From: Candidatus Babeliales bacterium
Lineage (GTDB): Bacteria; Babelota; Babeliae; Babelales; JANWKD01
DNA: 64,000 nucleotides
Direction of reading: 5' to 3'
NCBI GenBank assembly: GCA_963762115.1
Contig: CAVXJH010000006.1
Span: 480,001 to 544,000, forward strand
Position numbers and translations under genes: made by a program. The notes beneath the pieces are model-generated. The model was given only the letters and a program-made list of their open reading frames with translations, had not been told where the DNA came from and made no database searches. Positions 9,065 through 19,136 of the stretch are shown here, in pieces (position 1 is the stretch's first letter; every line of letters starts with the position of its first letter).

Positions 9065-10894
9065 TTAAAGATCTGTATCCTGTTGATGTTCTTGTGCTTG
9101 TTTTTCCCATAGGCGAGCATAAAGAGCATTATTTTTGAGAAGTTCCCTGTGTGAGCCTTGCTCAACAATGGAACCATGTTCAAGGACAATGATGCTATCG
9201 GCATGGGTGACGGTTGAAAGACGATGAGCAATAATGAGCGTTGTTGATCCAGATGATATTTCTTCAAGATTTTTCTGTATTTCTTGTTCGGTTCTTGTAT
9301 CAAGAGCAGAAGTTGCTTCATCAAAAATATAAATTACGGGGTGATGAAGGAGGACCCGTGCAATTGCTACACGTTGTTTTTCACCGCCTGATAATTTTAA
9401 TCCACGTTCGCCAACCATGGTATTGAGGCCATCAGGTAATTTTTTAATAAAATTTTCTAAATGAGACAAACGAACTGCTTTTTCAACTTCTTCTTTTGTG
9501 GCAGATGGTTTGCCATAGGCAATGTTATAATATAATGAATTATTGAAAAGTACCGTATCTTGAGGAACGATACCCATAATTTTTTGGAGAGCTTCTTGTT
9601 TGATTGCACGAATATCATAATCATTAATGAGAATGCTTCCTTGGGTAATATCGTAAAATCTGAATAATAAGCGCGCAATGGTTGATTTTCCTGAACCAGT
9701 TGGTCCAACAATGGCAACGGTGTGTCCAGCGGGGACAACAAATGAGACATCTTTTAGGATAGGTCTTCTGGAATCATACCCAAAAAATACATGATTAAAG
9801 GTGATGGTGGCAGTGTCAATTTTTGGATTTAATGCGTTGGGTGCATCAGTGATTTCTGGTTTTAATTGTAATAAATTAAAAACCGCTTCCATATCAGTCA
9901 AGCCTTTACGAATTTTTCGCAATACGTAACCAAACCAACTTAAAGGGGTTACAAATTGAAGAAGGTAGCCATTTACTAAAATAAAATCACTCACATTCAT
10001 AGTGCCTTTAATGACATTGTTCCCAGTCATCCAGGTTAATGTTATTAACCCTATTCCTAGAACCACTCCTTGGCCTAGATGCACTAATTCTGTGGTAACG
10101 TGATATGCCGTTGTTGTATCTTCGCGTTCTTTAAGAATGCGATTTGTTTGATCATATTCAAATCGTTGATTGCAAAAATATTTGACTGTTTCAAAGTTGA
10201 GTAAACTATCAACAACGCGAGCTCCGGCATTGAGATTCTTCTCATTAGAAATTCTTTGTGCATTTGTTGACCATTCCATGCTAATGGAACTGAAAATTAT
10301 ATAACTGACTAAAATTGAAAAAAGAGTTAGGCCATACATTGCACCATATAAATACCATAAAATGGTGACTGCTACCAAAATTTCAGTAACAGTAGGAATG
10401 ATTGAAAGAAAAATACCTGAAAAAATATCAGGAAATCCATCTTGAGCTTTTTCAATGGCACTCGTAATTGCGCCAGTTTTTCGCTCTAGATGAAATCGTA
10501 ATGATAATACATGAAAATGATTAAATAATTTTAAACTGAGCAATCTAATGCCATGTTCCATAACCCGAAACATTACTAATTCTCTCATTTGCACCGTTAT
10601 CTGACTAAGCATCCATAAAACACCGTATGCTAAAAGAAAAAATTGGGTGACATACATTGAGTCTTTTGGTGTTTCAAAAAGAGAAATTAATTTTTTTAAA
10701 ACCAAAGGAATGCTTAAATTAAGTGCTATGCTTATAAAAATAAACAGAATAGAAATACCAATGCGCATGCGTAGGCGCCAATCTGAAATCCACAAATAAG
10801 GCAGCAATTGAAAAATAACTTTGTAGGGGCTCACTTTTTTTTTGTGATGAGCAGCTGAAGGCGCGGCGATATCCTTCTCATCTATTTTTTTCAT
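9065..10894 (-). CDS. ATM1/HMT1-type ABC half-transporter (TMD+NBD)
   Basis: LRFHLERKTG, DSLLNFETVKYF, GPTGSGKS, LSGGEKQRVAIAR, DEATSALD. Confidence 0.93.
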   Translation of the reverse strand: MKKIDEKDIAAPSAAHHKKKVSPYKVIFQLLPYLWISDWRLRMRIGISILFIFISIALNLSIPLVLKKLISLFETPKDSMYVTQFFLLAYGVLWMLSQITVQMRELVMFRVMEHGIRLLSLKLFNHFHVLSLRFHLERKTGAITSAIEKAQDGFPDIFSGIFLSIIPTVTEILVAVTILWYLYGAMYGLTLFSILVSYIIFSSISMEWSTNAQRISNEKNLNAGARVVDSLLNFETVKYFCNQRFEYDQTNRILKEREDTTTAYHVTTELVHLGQGVVLGIGLITLTWMTGNNVIKGTMNVSDFILVNGYLLQFVTPLSWFGYVLRKIRKGLTDMEAVFNLLQLKPEITDAPNALNPKIDTATITFNHVFFGYDSRRPILKDVSFVVPAGHTVAIVGPTGSGKSTIARLLFRFYDITQGSILINDYDIRAIKQEALQKIMGIVPQDTVLFNNSLYYNIAYGKPSATKEEVEKAVRLSHLENFIKKLPDGLNTMVGERGLKLSGGEKQRVAIARVLLHHPVIYIFDEATSALDTRTEQEIQKNLEEISSGSTTLIIAHRLSTVTHADSIIVLEHGSIVEQGSHRELLKNNALYARLWEKQAQEHQQDTDL

Positions 10895-10927
10895 GGCTCA
10901 TCCTATTTTTAGTAAGTTAGTATATCA

Positions 10928-11899
10928 TTATTTTTGCTTTTTTGATGAATAAATTTCAAGAGTTTTGTTTTCAAGCGCGATTGTAACGCATAAAGTTGCA
11001 AAGGTGATCTCTTTATACGCGACCGTATCAGAAAAAGCAGTAATTATTATTTCTTTGGTTGGAGAAGTAGTTTTTGTGTGTAGGCGGTTTATGAGAGTTT
11101 TATTTTTTTCAAGTGCGCGTCTCATAAAGCCGTAAGAGCGTAATAATTTTTTATCAGCCGTTCCCTGCCAATTTGGCATATAAAAATTTTTAATGGTGCA
11201 CAGTTGGCAGATTTTTTCCACACATTCAAAGGTCATTATACTTGGTTGCAAAATAATTAAATTGCGCATGTTTGTGGTGCCAAAATGTTGATTGAGCGTT
11301 GGTAGTAACGTGAATTCTATCCAAGATGGGGTCGAGATTTTTCTGCCAAGAACTCCTGGATCAATAAGGGTTATTGTTTTGTCTTTTTTTATCACGGTGA
11401 TGATGCCGCCATTGCATGGTATTTCAAGATAAGGTTGCTGGGTAAAATTGGGTTGATGTTTTAAAAATACGCTGATTAGTAATAACAAAATAAATAAAGC
11501 AGCGCTGTTTAAAAGTGTTGCCGCAATTCTCTTATAATAAAGAATTCCTAAAGCGCTGATTGGTATTATCATGAGCAATAAAGATGAAGGCTTAGCAAAG
11601 CTGATAAGCCATGAAGGACTTCCGAAGTTGATGAGCCAAAGCCATAATGCCGTTATTTTTTCAAGTACATAAATGAACCATGTATTGGGAATATACAATA
11701 GTTCTAAAAAAAAGATGTTTGCAGAAATAAAGAGAAATGCCATTAAGAATGGCAAAAAAACTAGATTGCCAATTGGTGAAGCTAGAGAAAGAGGTAATCC
11801 CCAAGCAATGAGTATTGGCATAGAAATGAGCGTTAAAAAGAGTTGTATTTGAACAAAGTTCAACAACCAATGTAAGATTGATTGAGTAGTAATTTTCAA
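10928..11899 (-). CDS. ComEC/Rec2-like protein (C-terminal part with a degenerate MBL-like domain)
   Basis: QLFLTLISMPIL..LSLASPIGNLVFLP resembles ComEC TM segments; TLIDPG; no HxHxDH motif. Confidence 0.55.
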   Translation of the reverse strand: MKITTQSILHWLLNFVQIQLFLTLISMPILIAWGLPLSLASPIGNLVFLPFLMAFLFISANIFFLELLYIPNTWFIYVLEKITALWLWLINFGSPSWLISFAKPSSLLLMIIPISALGILYYKRIAATLLNSAALFILLLLISVFLKHQPNFTQQPYLEIPCNGGIITVIKKDKTITLIDPGVLGRKISTPSWIEFTLLPTLNQHFGTTNMRNLIILQPSIMTFECVEKICQLCTIKNFYMPNWQGTADKKLLRSYGFMRRALEKNKTLINRLHTKTTSPTKEIIITAFSDTVAYKEITFATLCVTIALENKTLEIYSSKKQK

Positions 11900-11984
11900 G
11901 ATGGCTTACGAGTGAAATAATTTTTTTGAAACTTTAAATGGTATAAGTAGAGTATAGCAGTATTGTTTCTTTTTGTCTAAAACA

Positions 11985-13751
11985 CTAAAGATTATTTTCT
12001 TTTTTCTTTCTTTTTAAGCGAGAGCGTATAGGCTGTGGTAAGGCGGTAAAGAGCGCTTTGGTTTGTTCTGACGCATTAATATATTGTTCAATTTTTAATT
12101 CTCTATTGTTTTCTGTAATGCAGACGCAGCCATGAAGAAATGCAATGTGTTGTGCAGAAAGGTTGTGTAGGCTTTTTTTTAGATTTTCATTAATAATAGT
12201 ATGTTCTATGAAGCCTTGTTTATGGCGGGCTGCTAATACTTTGCTGTCCAGGGAAAATGTGACTGGAAATGAACAACCAGGTAAGATTTTTATAAGTTTT
12301 CCAGATTGAGAGTTAAGTATTATAATTTTATTTTTTCGTGTTGATTCTAGGGTTAACATTGAGCCATCGGGTGATATAAGCAAATGATCAATAGAGCACT
12401 TTTTTATGGGTATGATTTTATAGAGCTTTCGTTTTTTTATGTTCCAAAAACAAAGTTCATGAAGCATTTTTTTCGTTTTATTACTTTTTCTTTTTGAAAG
12501 GGAATAGAGTCTTTTTTTATCAGGAGATAAACATAAACTGGTAATCTCTCGCCGTTTAGTATGTTCTGAAGTAAAGAAATATTTTTTTACTTTGTCTTTA
12601 GTAACATTATATGTATGTATTCCTTTTCCTTGAAGAGCGAGATAAAATATTTTATTGTCTTGATCATAGGCAAATGCATGCAATTTAGTAGTGAATAATG
12701 GCATTTGTCCGTGTATAAAGGTGATTTGCTTTTTTTCATCATCATGGAGTGAATACATTTTTATATCGTTTGTCCCTATTAAAAAAAGTAAATTTTCTGA
12801 AGGTGCGTATCTGATGGATGATGTGGAAGAATGTTTTGTTTGTGTTGATCCTAAGAGAGCACTTGTCTCTAAATCGTATGCGTGTAATGATTGATTTGCA
12901 AAAAGACAAAATAATCTTTTTGTTGTTGGGCACATCCAAGAGCTATATAAATAATGATGCGTGCCAACGGGTATATCTCTTATAGCTTTATCATGCCAAA
13001 ATTTGATTGTGGAGCTGTTTGTAGGTGATTTAAATAATAAGTTATCTTGACCTGACCAATAATACCAATAATGATCGTTTTTTTCTTCCATTCTATGAAG
13101 AGTGCATTTTTGATCGAGTGTTTTCAGGAAAGATTCTATTTTAGGCGAATAAGCTATAAGTTTATTACCCAAATAGACTGAGAGATGTTGTGTATTGCAA
13201 GTATCAAGTAATGCCAATGCAGATATGATTTTATTTTTTTGTACAAGCCGTATTGTTTTTTCTGCTATATGTTCTAAACATGTTTCAAAAAGTAAGGGGA
13301 ATGCAAGAAAATCGGCTGTTTGTAATAATTCGGAAAACGTGTATGTAGATCGTTTGCTTTCTTTAAAAAATTCTTTTAGCTGACATTTTTGATGATCTTC
13401 GTTTTGTTCATTTTTTGTTATGGCTAATAATAAAGCTATTTTTTCAGCTGTTTTGAATTGTTTTTTTGAAATGTGTGATGTCGATAGACTGAGAGCAGAA
13501 TCTTGATCAAAGCTATATTGATTATGTAAAGTGCCTATATATTGAAGTTGCGGGAGATTCCATTGTGATGAATATATAATTTCTTCCTGATCATTTTCGA
13601 GATTTACCGTAATTGGCAAAATATTGTTTGCATCGCTAGAATCATCATGAATAAAATTTAATGTTTTTTGAACTGATTCCATTGCATGAGAAGATCGTGT
13701 TAATAAAAATAAGAAGAAGGCATAAAAAAGATGTCTTTTTGTTCGAATCAT
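11985..13751 (-). CDS. Secreted BTB/Skp1-like + WD40-like beta-propeller protein, paralog 1
   Basis: Signal peptide SHA|ME; ELLQTADFLAFPLLFETC; LCLSPDKK, FWNI, ISPDG blades. Confidence 0.75.
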   Translation of the reverse strand: MIRTKRHLFYAFFLFLLTRSSHAMESVQKTLNFIHDDSSDANNILPITVNLENDQEEIIYSSQWNLPQLQYIGTLHNQYSFDQDSALSLSTSHISKKQFKTAEKIALLLAITKNEQNEDHQKCQLKEFFKESKRSTYTFSELLQTADFLAFPLLFETCLEHIAEKTIRLVQKNKIISALALLDTCNTQHLSVYLGNKLIAYSPKIESFLKTLDQKCTLHRMEEKNDHYWYYWSGQDNLLFKSPTNSSTIKFWHDKAIRDIPVGTHHYLYSSWMCPTTKRLFCLFANQSLHAYDLETSALLGSTQTKHSSTSSIRYAPSENLLFLIGTNDIKMYSLHDDEKKQITFIHGQMPLFTTKLHAFAYDQDNKIFYLALQGKGIHTYNVTKDKVKKYFFTSEHTKRREITSLCLSPDKKRLYSLSKRKSNKTKKMLHELCFWNIKKRKLYKIIPIKKCSIDHLLISPDGSMLTLESTRKNKIIILNSQSGKLIKILPGCSFPVTFSLDSKVLAARHKQGFIEHTIINENLKKSLHNLSAQHIAFLHGCVCITENNRELKIEQYINASEQTKALFTALPQPIRSRLKRKKKENNL

Positions 13752-13752
13752 T

Positions 13753-15498
13753 TTAATGTTGCCTATTTTTACCTATTAAATATGATCGTATCGATGCGGG
13801 CAATTCATCAAATAATGTACGAGTTTTTTCCGATATATTAATACATTTTTTAAATATATCACCATTTTTGTTTTCTAATATGCGAGCACAAGCATACACT
13901 AATGCAAGGTGAGGTGCTGGAAAATTATGTAAATGCTTTTTAAGACTTTCATCAGTTAGAACATGTTCTATAACGCCCTTTGCGCATCGTGTAGCTAAGG
14001 TTTTGCCATCTTGAGAAAAGGCAACAGGGTAAAAGCCTTGTTTAAATATTTTTATCATATGGCCAGATTGAGCATCAAATAAAGTAACCGGTTTTTTTTG
14101 GTCACATGCTAAAGAGAGCAATGTTCCATCAGGTGATAGAAGTAATTGATACGTATGGTTAGGTTGATAATTTTTTAAAGAAATTACTTTGGTTGGTGTA
14201 CCTTTTTCTATATTCCAAAAACGAAGTACTCCAACAGTGCATGAGTCGTTGTTATTTTTTTTTGAAAGTGAGAAAAGCGTTTTCTTGTCTTTTGATAAGC
14301 ATAAAGCCGTAAAATTGATGCTTTTGCATGAAAAGAATTGTTTTAAAGCACCATTTTCAATAGTGTATTGAAGAATTCCATTGTCTTTAAGCGCGAGATA
14401 AAAGATGAGATTATCTTCATCAAAGGCAAAACCATTGATCTCGTTAGTTGTTGTTAATGCATAGTGGTTTGAATGGATTAGTTTGCCTTCGTTAAGATGA
14501 TAACTGTAGATCACCTTGTTCTGTATAAAACATAAAATATTTTTTGATGGAGAATAGGAGAGTGATTTTGTTCCCGGTGTTGCATTTTTGCCAGCCAAAA
14601 ACGTTCCAGTTTTTAGGTCATAAAGTTGAATGGCGCCCTCAAATAAACAAAATAATTTATTTGACATAGGGCAAATATAAGACGCTTTCAGTGGAGTCCT
14701 GCTTACGGTGGAAATGGTATGCATGGTATGATCATGCCAAAAACTTATGTTTTCATGATCGAGTGATCTCAATACTAAAGAATTTGATCTATAGGGAAGA
14801 AGAAAAGAGTTTTCTCTTGGATGAAGTACCTGTTCCTGGGTTAAAGCAATAAGTAGACGACGGATTTCTGGGGAGCAATGTAATATTTGATTTCCAAGGT
14901 ATGTTAAAACATGATGATTGTCTATGTTTTCAAGTAATAAAAGTGCTTTTTGAAGCTTATTTTTTTTTATAAGATTTTTTATAGTTTGGGTTATTCTTTC
15001 TAAGCACAATTCAAAAAGCAATGGACAATCAAGAAAATCGCTGCTCTTTAAAAGATCTACAAAAATATTTATTTGTTTATTTGTTTTTTGAAGACATTCT
15101 TTTAATTGATTCTTTTGTTCTTCGCTTTGTTTTTCTTTATTTTCTTGTTCTAAACTTGCCAAGAGCATTGTTACTTTTTCAATTGTTTTTAACTGTTTTT
15201 TTGAAATGTGTGATTCTTGCAGACTCAAAGGAGCGTCAGGTTCAAACTCATATTGACTGCGCAGGTTGCCGACATAACCAAGTTGTGAGAGATTCCATTG
15301 CGATGAATAGACAATTTCCTGACGATTATTTTCGAGATTTATGGTAATGGGAATGGCTGTATCATCATGCACCAGAGCAGGCATTTTTCGATTGGATTTT
15401 TTTGTTAATTCCATTGCATGAGAATTTTGTAGTGCTAAAAATAAGAAGAGGGTAGAAAAAAGATACATTTTTGTTGTAATCATATTAATGTTTTTCAT
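13753..15498 (-). CDS. Secreted BTB/Skp1-like + WD40-like protein, paralog 2
   Basis: SHA|ME; DLLKSSDFLDCPLLFELC; LSPDG and FSQDG blades. Confidence 0.75.
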   Translation of the reverse strand: MKNINMITTKMYLFSTLFLFLALQNSHAMELTKKSNRKMPALVHDDTAIPITINLENNRQEIVYSSQWNLSQLGYVGNLRSQYEFEPDAPLSLQESHISKKQLKTIEKVTMLLASLEQENKEKQSEEQKNQLKECLQKTNKQINIFVDLLKSSDFLDCPLLFELCLERITQTIKNLIKKNKLQKALLLLENIDNHHVLTYLGNQILHCSPEIRRLLIALTQEQVLHPRENSFLLPYRSNSLVLRSLDHENISFWHDHTMHTISTVSRTPLKASYICPMSNKLFCLFEGAIQLYDLKTGTFLAGKNATPGTKSLSYSPSKNILCFIQNKVIYSYHLNEGKLIHSNHYALTTTNEINGFAFDEDNLIFYLALKDNGILQYTIENGALKQFFSCKSINFTALCLSKDKKTLFSLSKKNNNDSCTVGVLRFWNIEKGTPTKVISLKNYQPNHTYQLLLSPDGTLLSLACDQKKPVTLFDAQSGHMIKIFKQGFYPVAFSQDGKTLATRCAKGVIEHVLTDESLKKHLHNFPAPHLALVYACARILENKNGDIFKKCINISEKTRTLFDELPASIRSYLIGKNRQH

Positions 15499-15715
15499 TT
15501 TTATTATTTGTAGCTACCTTCTTGTCGGAATTGGTTTATTTTTGTTATACCAGATTTGATTTCCTCTGGTAATTCATCAAAGAGCCTTTGGCTTTTTTCT
15601 GATAATTCAATTGGTTGATTGTTGAGTGCTCTTTGTGCGCAATAATCAAGTACGGCAATATGTTCTGTCGGAAGTCTGTGTAGTTTTTTATAGAGTTCTT
15701 CGTTGTAGAGATTGT
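15482..15715. repeat. Near-identical direct repeat of ~17221-17454 (period 1739 bp)
   Basis: The gene junction and the 3' ends of paralogs 3 and 4 align with only scattered mismatches. Confidence 0.9.
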
Positions 15716-17237
15716 TTAATATAACGCCGCCGAATCCTTTTGCCGCTAATGTTTTTCCATCTGGTGCAAAATCAATATAATATTGCGAGTTATTCAAAAA
15801 AATTTTTATACAATAGCCATCTTGCGTATCAATCAATTGTATGGGGCTAGGATTTGCAAAAGATACTGCCAACATGGTGCCATCAGGCGATAATCTTAAA
15901 TGCCTTATTGGAGGGGGCATTCCATGGTATTGAATAGCTGGGTTGCATTCTATTGTTTTAAAAATTGTTTTTTTATCGATATTCCAAAAAGATATTTGTG
16001 CCTGTTCATTGCCGGAAAATAATGTTTTTCTGTCTTTTGAAAGGCAAAGTGATGTAGTCGCAAAGTTACTAAGAAATGTTTTTGATAGGCGAGGTTTATC
16101 AATTTCTAATATATCAATGCTTCCTACACAGCCTAAAAAGAGACAATTTTTTTTTGGATCGGCCGCTACTGCTCGTATATTTTTAGTATGAGTATATTCT
16201 TCCAAGATAGCAGTTAATTCTTCAGAATTTTCAGTGGTTTCATTTGGAAGATTCCATATTGAAATTTTATTTTCACCAAATATACATAAGGCTTTTTTTT
16301 CAGGTATATGCAATAAATGAGGAATTACTCTTGTTGTTTTAATGATATTCTTATGACATGGGAATTTTTCATTACAATCAAAGGTCCAAAGTAAACTATA
16401 AGGATACTGACAATAATGTATTTTGTTTTCATCGGAGAAAATTATTGATACTATTGATGTCTGAGAAGGTGTTATTTGGTATGAATCTGTATCATTAAGT
16501 AGAAGTTTTACTAGTCCTGTATTTTGAATGCAGGCTAATGATTTTCCTTCTGGAGAATAACATAATGATATTGTTTCGCCTCTAAGTTCAATTTTTTTAA
16601 ATGTGTCAGAAATGCAAGCAAGTAGTTGCTTTAAATGACGAGAATTATTTAAAAAATGATTGCCAATGGCCATTGAAAGCTCAGGAACTGTTATGCTTTC
16701 TAATAATGCTACAGCTTGGTCACTTTTATCATCTAATGATAATGATTTTGCGCGTTGATAAAGTTGATGTGCGCATGCATCAAGCAAGGGTGAGCAACTA
16801 AGAAAGTTTGCACCATTCATCAGTTCAATAGTTGCATGATCAGATTGTTTGGCATGGGTCAAACATTTTTTAAGCTGGTTTTTTTGTTTTTTTACTTGTT
16901 TTTTCGGATCTTCTTGCTCCAAAATTGCAAGAAGCATTGCTGATTTTTCAATGGTTTTTAATTGTTTTTTTGAAATTTGTGATTCTTGTAGATTCAAAGG
17001 AGCACCAGGTTCAAATTCATATTGATTATACAAGGTGCCGACATAATCAAGTTGTGAGAGATTCCATTGCGATGAATATACAATTTCTTCGCGATCATTT
17101 TCGAGATTTACCGTAATTGGCAAGAAGCCATCGTCTTGTTCTTTTTCTTCCATTGCATGAGATTGTTGAATTACTGAAAATAAGAAGAGAGCAGAAAAAA
17201 GATATATTTTTGTTGTAATGATATTAATGTTTTTCAT
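15504..17237 (-). CDS. Secreted BTB/Skp1-like + WD40-like protein, paralog 3
   Basis: SHA|ME; ELMNGANFLSCSPLLDAC; SFWNI, LSPDG. Confidence 0.75.
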   Translation of the reverse strand: MKNINIITTKIYLFSALFLFSVIQQSHAMEEKEQDDGFLPITVNLENDREEIVYSSQWNLSQLDYVGTLYNQYEFEPGAPLNLQESQISKKQLKTIEKSAMLLAILEQEDPKKQVKKQKNQLKKCLTHAKQSDHATIELMNGANFLSCSPLLDACAHQLYQRAKSLSLDDKSDQAVALLESITVPELSMAIGNHFLNNSRHLKQLLACISDTFKKIELRGETISLCYSPEGKSLACIQNTGLVKLLLNDTDSYQITPSQTSIVSIIFSDENKIHYCQYPYSLLWTFDCNEKFPCHKNIIKTTRVIPHLLHIPEKKALCIFGENKISIWNLPNETTENSEELTAILEEYTHTKNIRAVAADPKKNCLFLGCVGSIDILEIDKPRLSKTFLSNFATTSLCLSKDRKTLFSGNEQAQISFWNIDKKTIFKTIECNPAIQYHGMPPPIRHLRLSPDGTMLAVSFANPSPIQLIDTQDGYCIKIFLNNSQYYIDFAPDGKTLAAKGFGGVILNNLYNEELYKKLHRLPTEHIAVLDYCAQRALNNQPIELSEKSQRLFDELPEEIKSGITKINQFRQEGSYK

Positions 17238-17242
17238 TTTTA

Positions 17243-19000
17243 TTATTTGTAGCTACCTTCTTGTCGAAATTGGTTTATTTTTGTTATACCAGATTTGATT
17301 TCCTCTGGTAATTCATCAAAGAGCCTTTGGCTTTTTTCTGATAATTCAATTGATTGATTATTGAGTGCTTTTTGTGCGCAATAATCAAGTACGGCAATGT
17401 GCTCTGCCGGAAGTCTGTGTAGTTTTTTATAGAGTTCTTCGTTGTAGAGATTGTTGAATAGAATTGTGTTGCAAAGCCCCTGAGTTGCTAATGTTTTTCC
17501 ACTTGGTGAAAAATCAATGCAATCTTTTGCGTAGTTCCAAAAAATTTTTATACAATAACCATCTTGGGTATCAAACAATTGTATCGGGCTAGGATTTGCA
17601 AAAGATACTGCCAACATGGTGCCATCGGGCGATAATTTTAATTGTGTTATTCGAGGGGGCATTCCATAGTATGGGATGACTTGTTTACAGTCTATTTTAT
17701 TGAAGGTGATTTGGTCATCAATATTCCAAAAAGATATTTGTGCCCGATTATTGCCAGAAAATAATGTTTTTCTATCTTTTGAAAGGCAAAGAGCAGTAAT
17801 CACAGAATGACTAAGAAATACTTTTTCAATATGAGGGTCATCAATTTTTAATACATCAATGCTTCCTGCGCAGCCTAAAAATAAACAATTTCTTTTTGGG
17901 TCTGCCACCACTGCATTAATGTTTTTAGTATGAGTATATTCTTCCAAGATAGCAGTTAATTCATCAGAATTTTCAGCGGTTTCATTTAGAAGATTCCATA
18001 TTGAAATTTTATTTTCGCCAAATATGCATACAGCTTTTTTTTCAGGTATATGCAATAAATTATGAGGTATGCGTGATGTTTTTATTGTATTGCCGCTGCA
18101 AATAGATTTTTTATCACAATCAATGGTCCGTAAAAGACGATGAGGATATTGACAATAATGTATAACATTCTCATCAGAAAAAATCATTGATAAAGAGCGA
18201 GATATTGGCTTTTTTATTAAATCGGTAAGCGTAGTATCTTCTAAAACTGTTATTTGTATACCATTGGTGTTGCAAGTGCATGCTAATGATTCTCCCTTTG
18301 GGGGATAACATAATGATATTATTTCGCCTCCAAGTTCAATTTTTTTAGATGTATCAGAAATGCAGACAAGCAATTGTTTTAAATGGCGAGAATGATCTAA
18401 AAAATGATTTCCTACGCCTACTGAAAGTTCAGAAACGGTTATATTTTCTAATAATGCAATAGCCTGGTCACTTTTATCTTCTAATGATAATGATTTTGCA
18501 CGTTGATAAACTTGATGTGCGCATGCATCAAGCAAGAGAGGGCAACTGAAGAAATTTGCATCATTCATAAGTTCAATATACGTTTGCTCAGATTGTTTGG
18601 CATCGGTCAAATATTTTTTAAGCTGTTTTTTTTGTTTTTTTGGACCTTCTTGCTCCAGGCTAGCAAGAAGCATTGCTGATTCTTCAATGGTTTGTAACTG
18701 TTGTTTTGAAATTTGAGATTCTTGCAAAGTAATGGCAGAGTTTTGATCAAAAGTATATTGATCATGTAAGATGCCAACATAACGAAGTTGTGGAAGACTC
18801 CATGGTGATGAGTAGACAACTTCTTGACGATCATTTTCTAGATTTACGGTAATGGGAATGGCAGTATCATCATGCACAAGGTTAGGCATTTTTCGATTGG
18901 ATTTTTTTGTTAATTCCATTGCATGAGAATTTTGTAGCGCTGAGAATAAGAAGAGAGCAGAAAAAAGATATATTTTTGTTATCATGGATGATGCTTTCAT
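17243..19000 (-). CDS. Secreted BTB/Skp1-like + WD40-like protein, paralog 4
   Basis: SHA|ME; ELMNDANFFSCPLLLDAC; C-terminus near-identical to paralog 3. Confidence 0.75.
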   Translation of the reverse strand: MKASSMITKIYLFSALFLFSALQNSHAMELTKKSNRKMPNLVHDDTAIPITVNLENDRQEVVYSSPWSLPQLRYVGILHDQYTFDQNSAITLQESQISKQQLQTIEESAMLLASLEQEGPKKQKKQLKKYLTDAKQSEQTYIELMNDANFFSCPLLLDACAHQVYQRAKSLSLEDKSDQAIALLENITVSELSVGVGNHFLDHSRHLKQLLVCISDTSKKIELGGEIISLCYPPKGESLACTCNTNGIQITVLEDTTLTDLIKKPISRSLSMIFSDENVIHYCQYPHRLLRTIDCDKKSICSGNTIKTSRIPHNLLHIPEKKAVCIFGENKISIWNLLNETAENSDELTAILEEYTHTKNINAVVADPKRNCLFLGCAGSIDVLKIDDPHIEKVFLSHSVITALCLSKDRKTLFSGNNRAQISFWNIDDQITFNKIDCKQVIPYYGMPPRITQLKLSPDGTMLAVSFANPSPIQLFDTQDGYCIKIFWNYAKDCIDFSPSGKTLATQGLCNTILFNNLYNEELYKKLHRLPAEHIAVLDYCAQKALNNQSIELSEKSQRLFDELPEEIKSGITKINQFRQEGSYK

Positions 19001-19136
19001 TACAAAGATGTTTTTATTGGCTTTATGCTCTCAGATTTTTATGAAAAGTCAATTTTATATTTGTATGTTTGCAGTTGTTTTAGCAGCTTGTTACGCTATT
19101 GAAAATATTTTTTTGCTTATCTTTTGGAGAGTAGCT

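Noticed and set aside
15482..17454. Diversity-generating retroelement TR/VR pair in the paralog array
   Set aside because: Both copies are coding gene ends, mismatches are not adenine-specific, and there is no reverse transcriptase in the window.
18984..19136. N-terminal extension of transketolase
   Set aside because: Overlaps the divergent gene; the RBS and family homology start at 19137.
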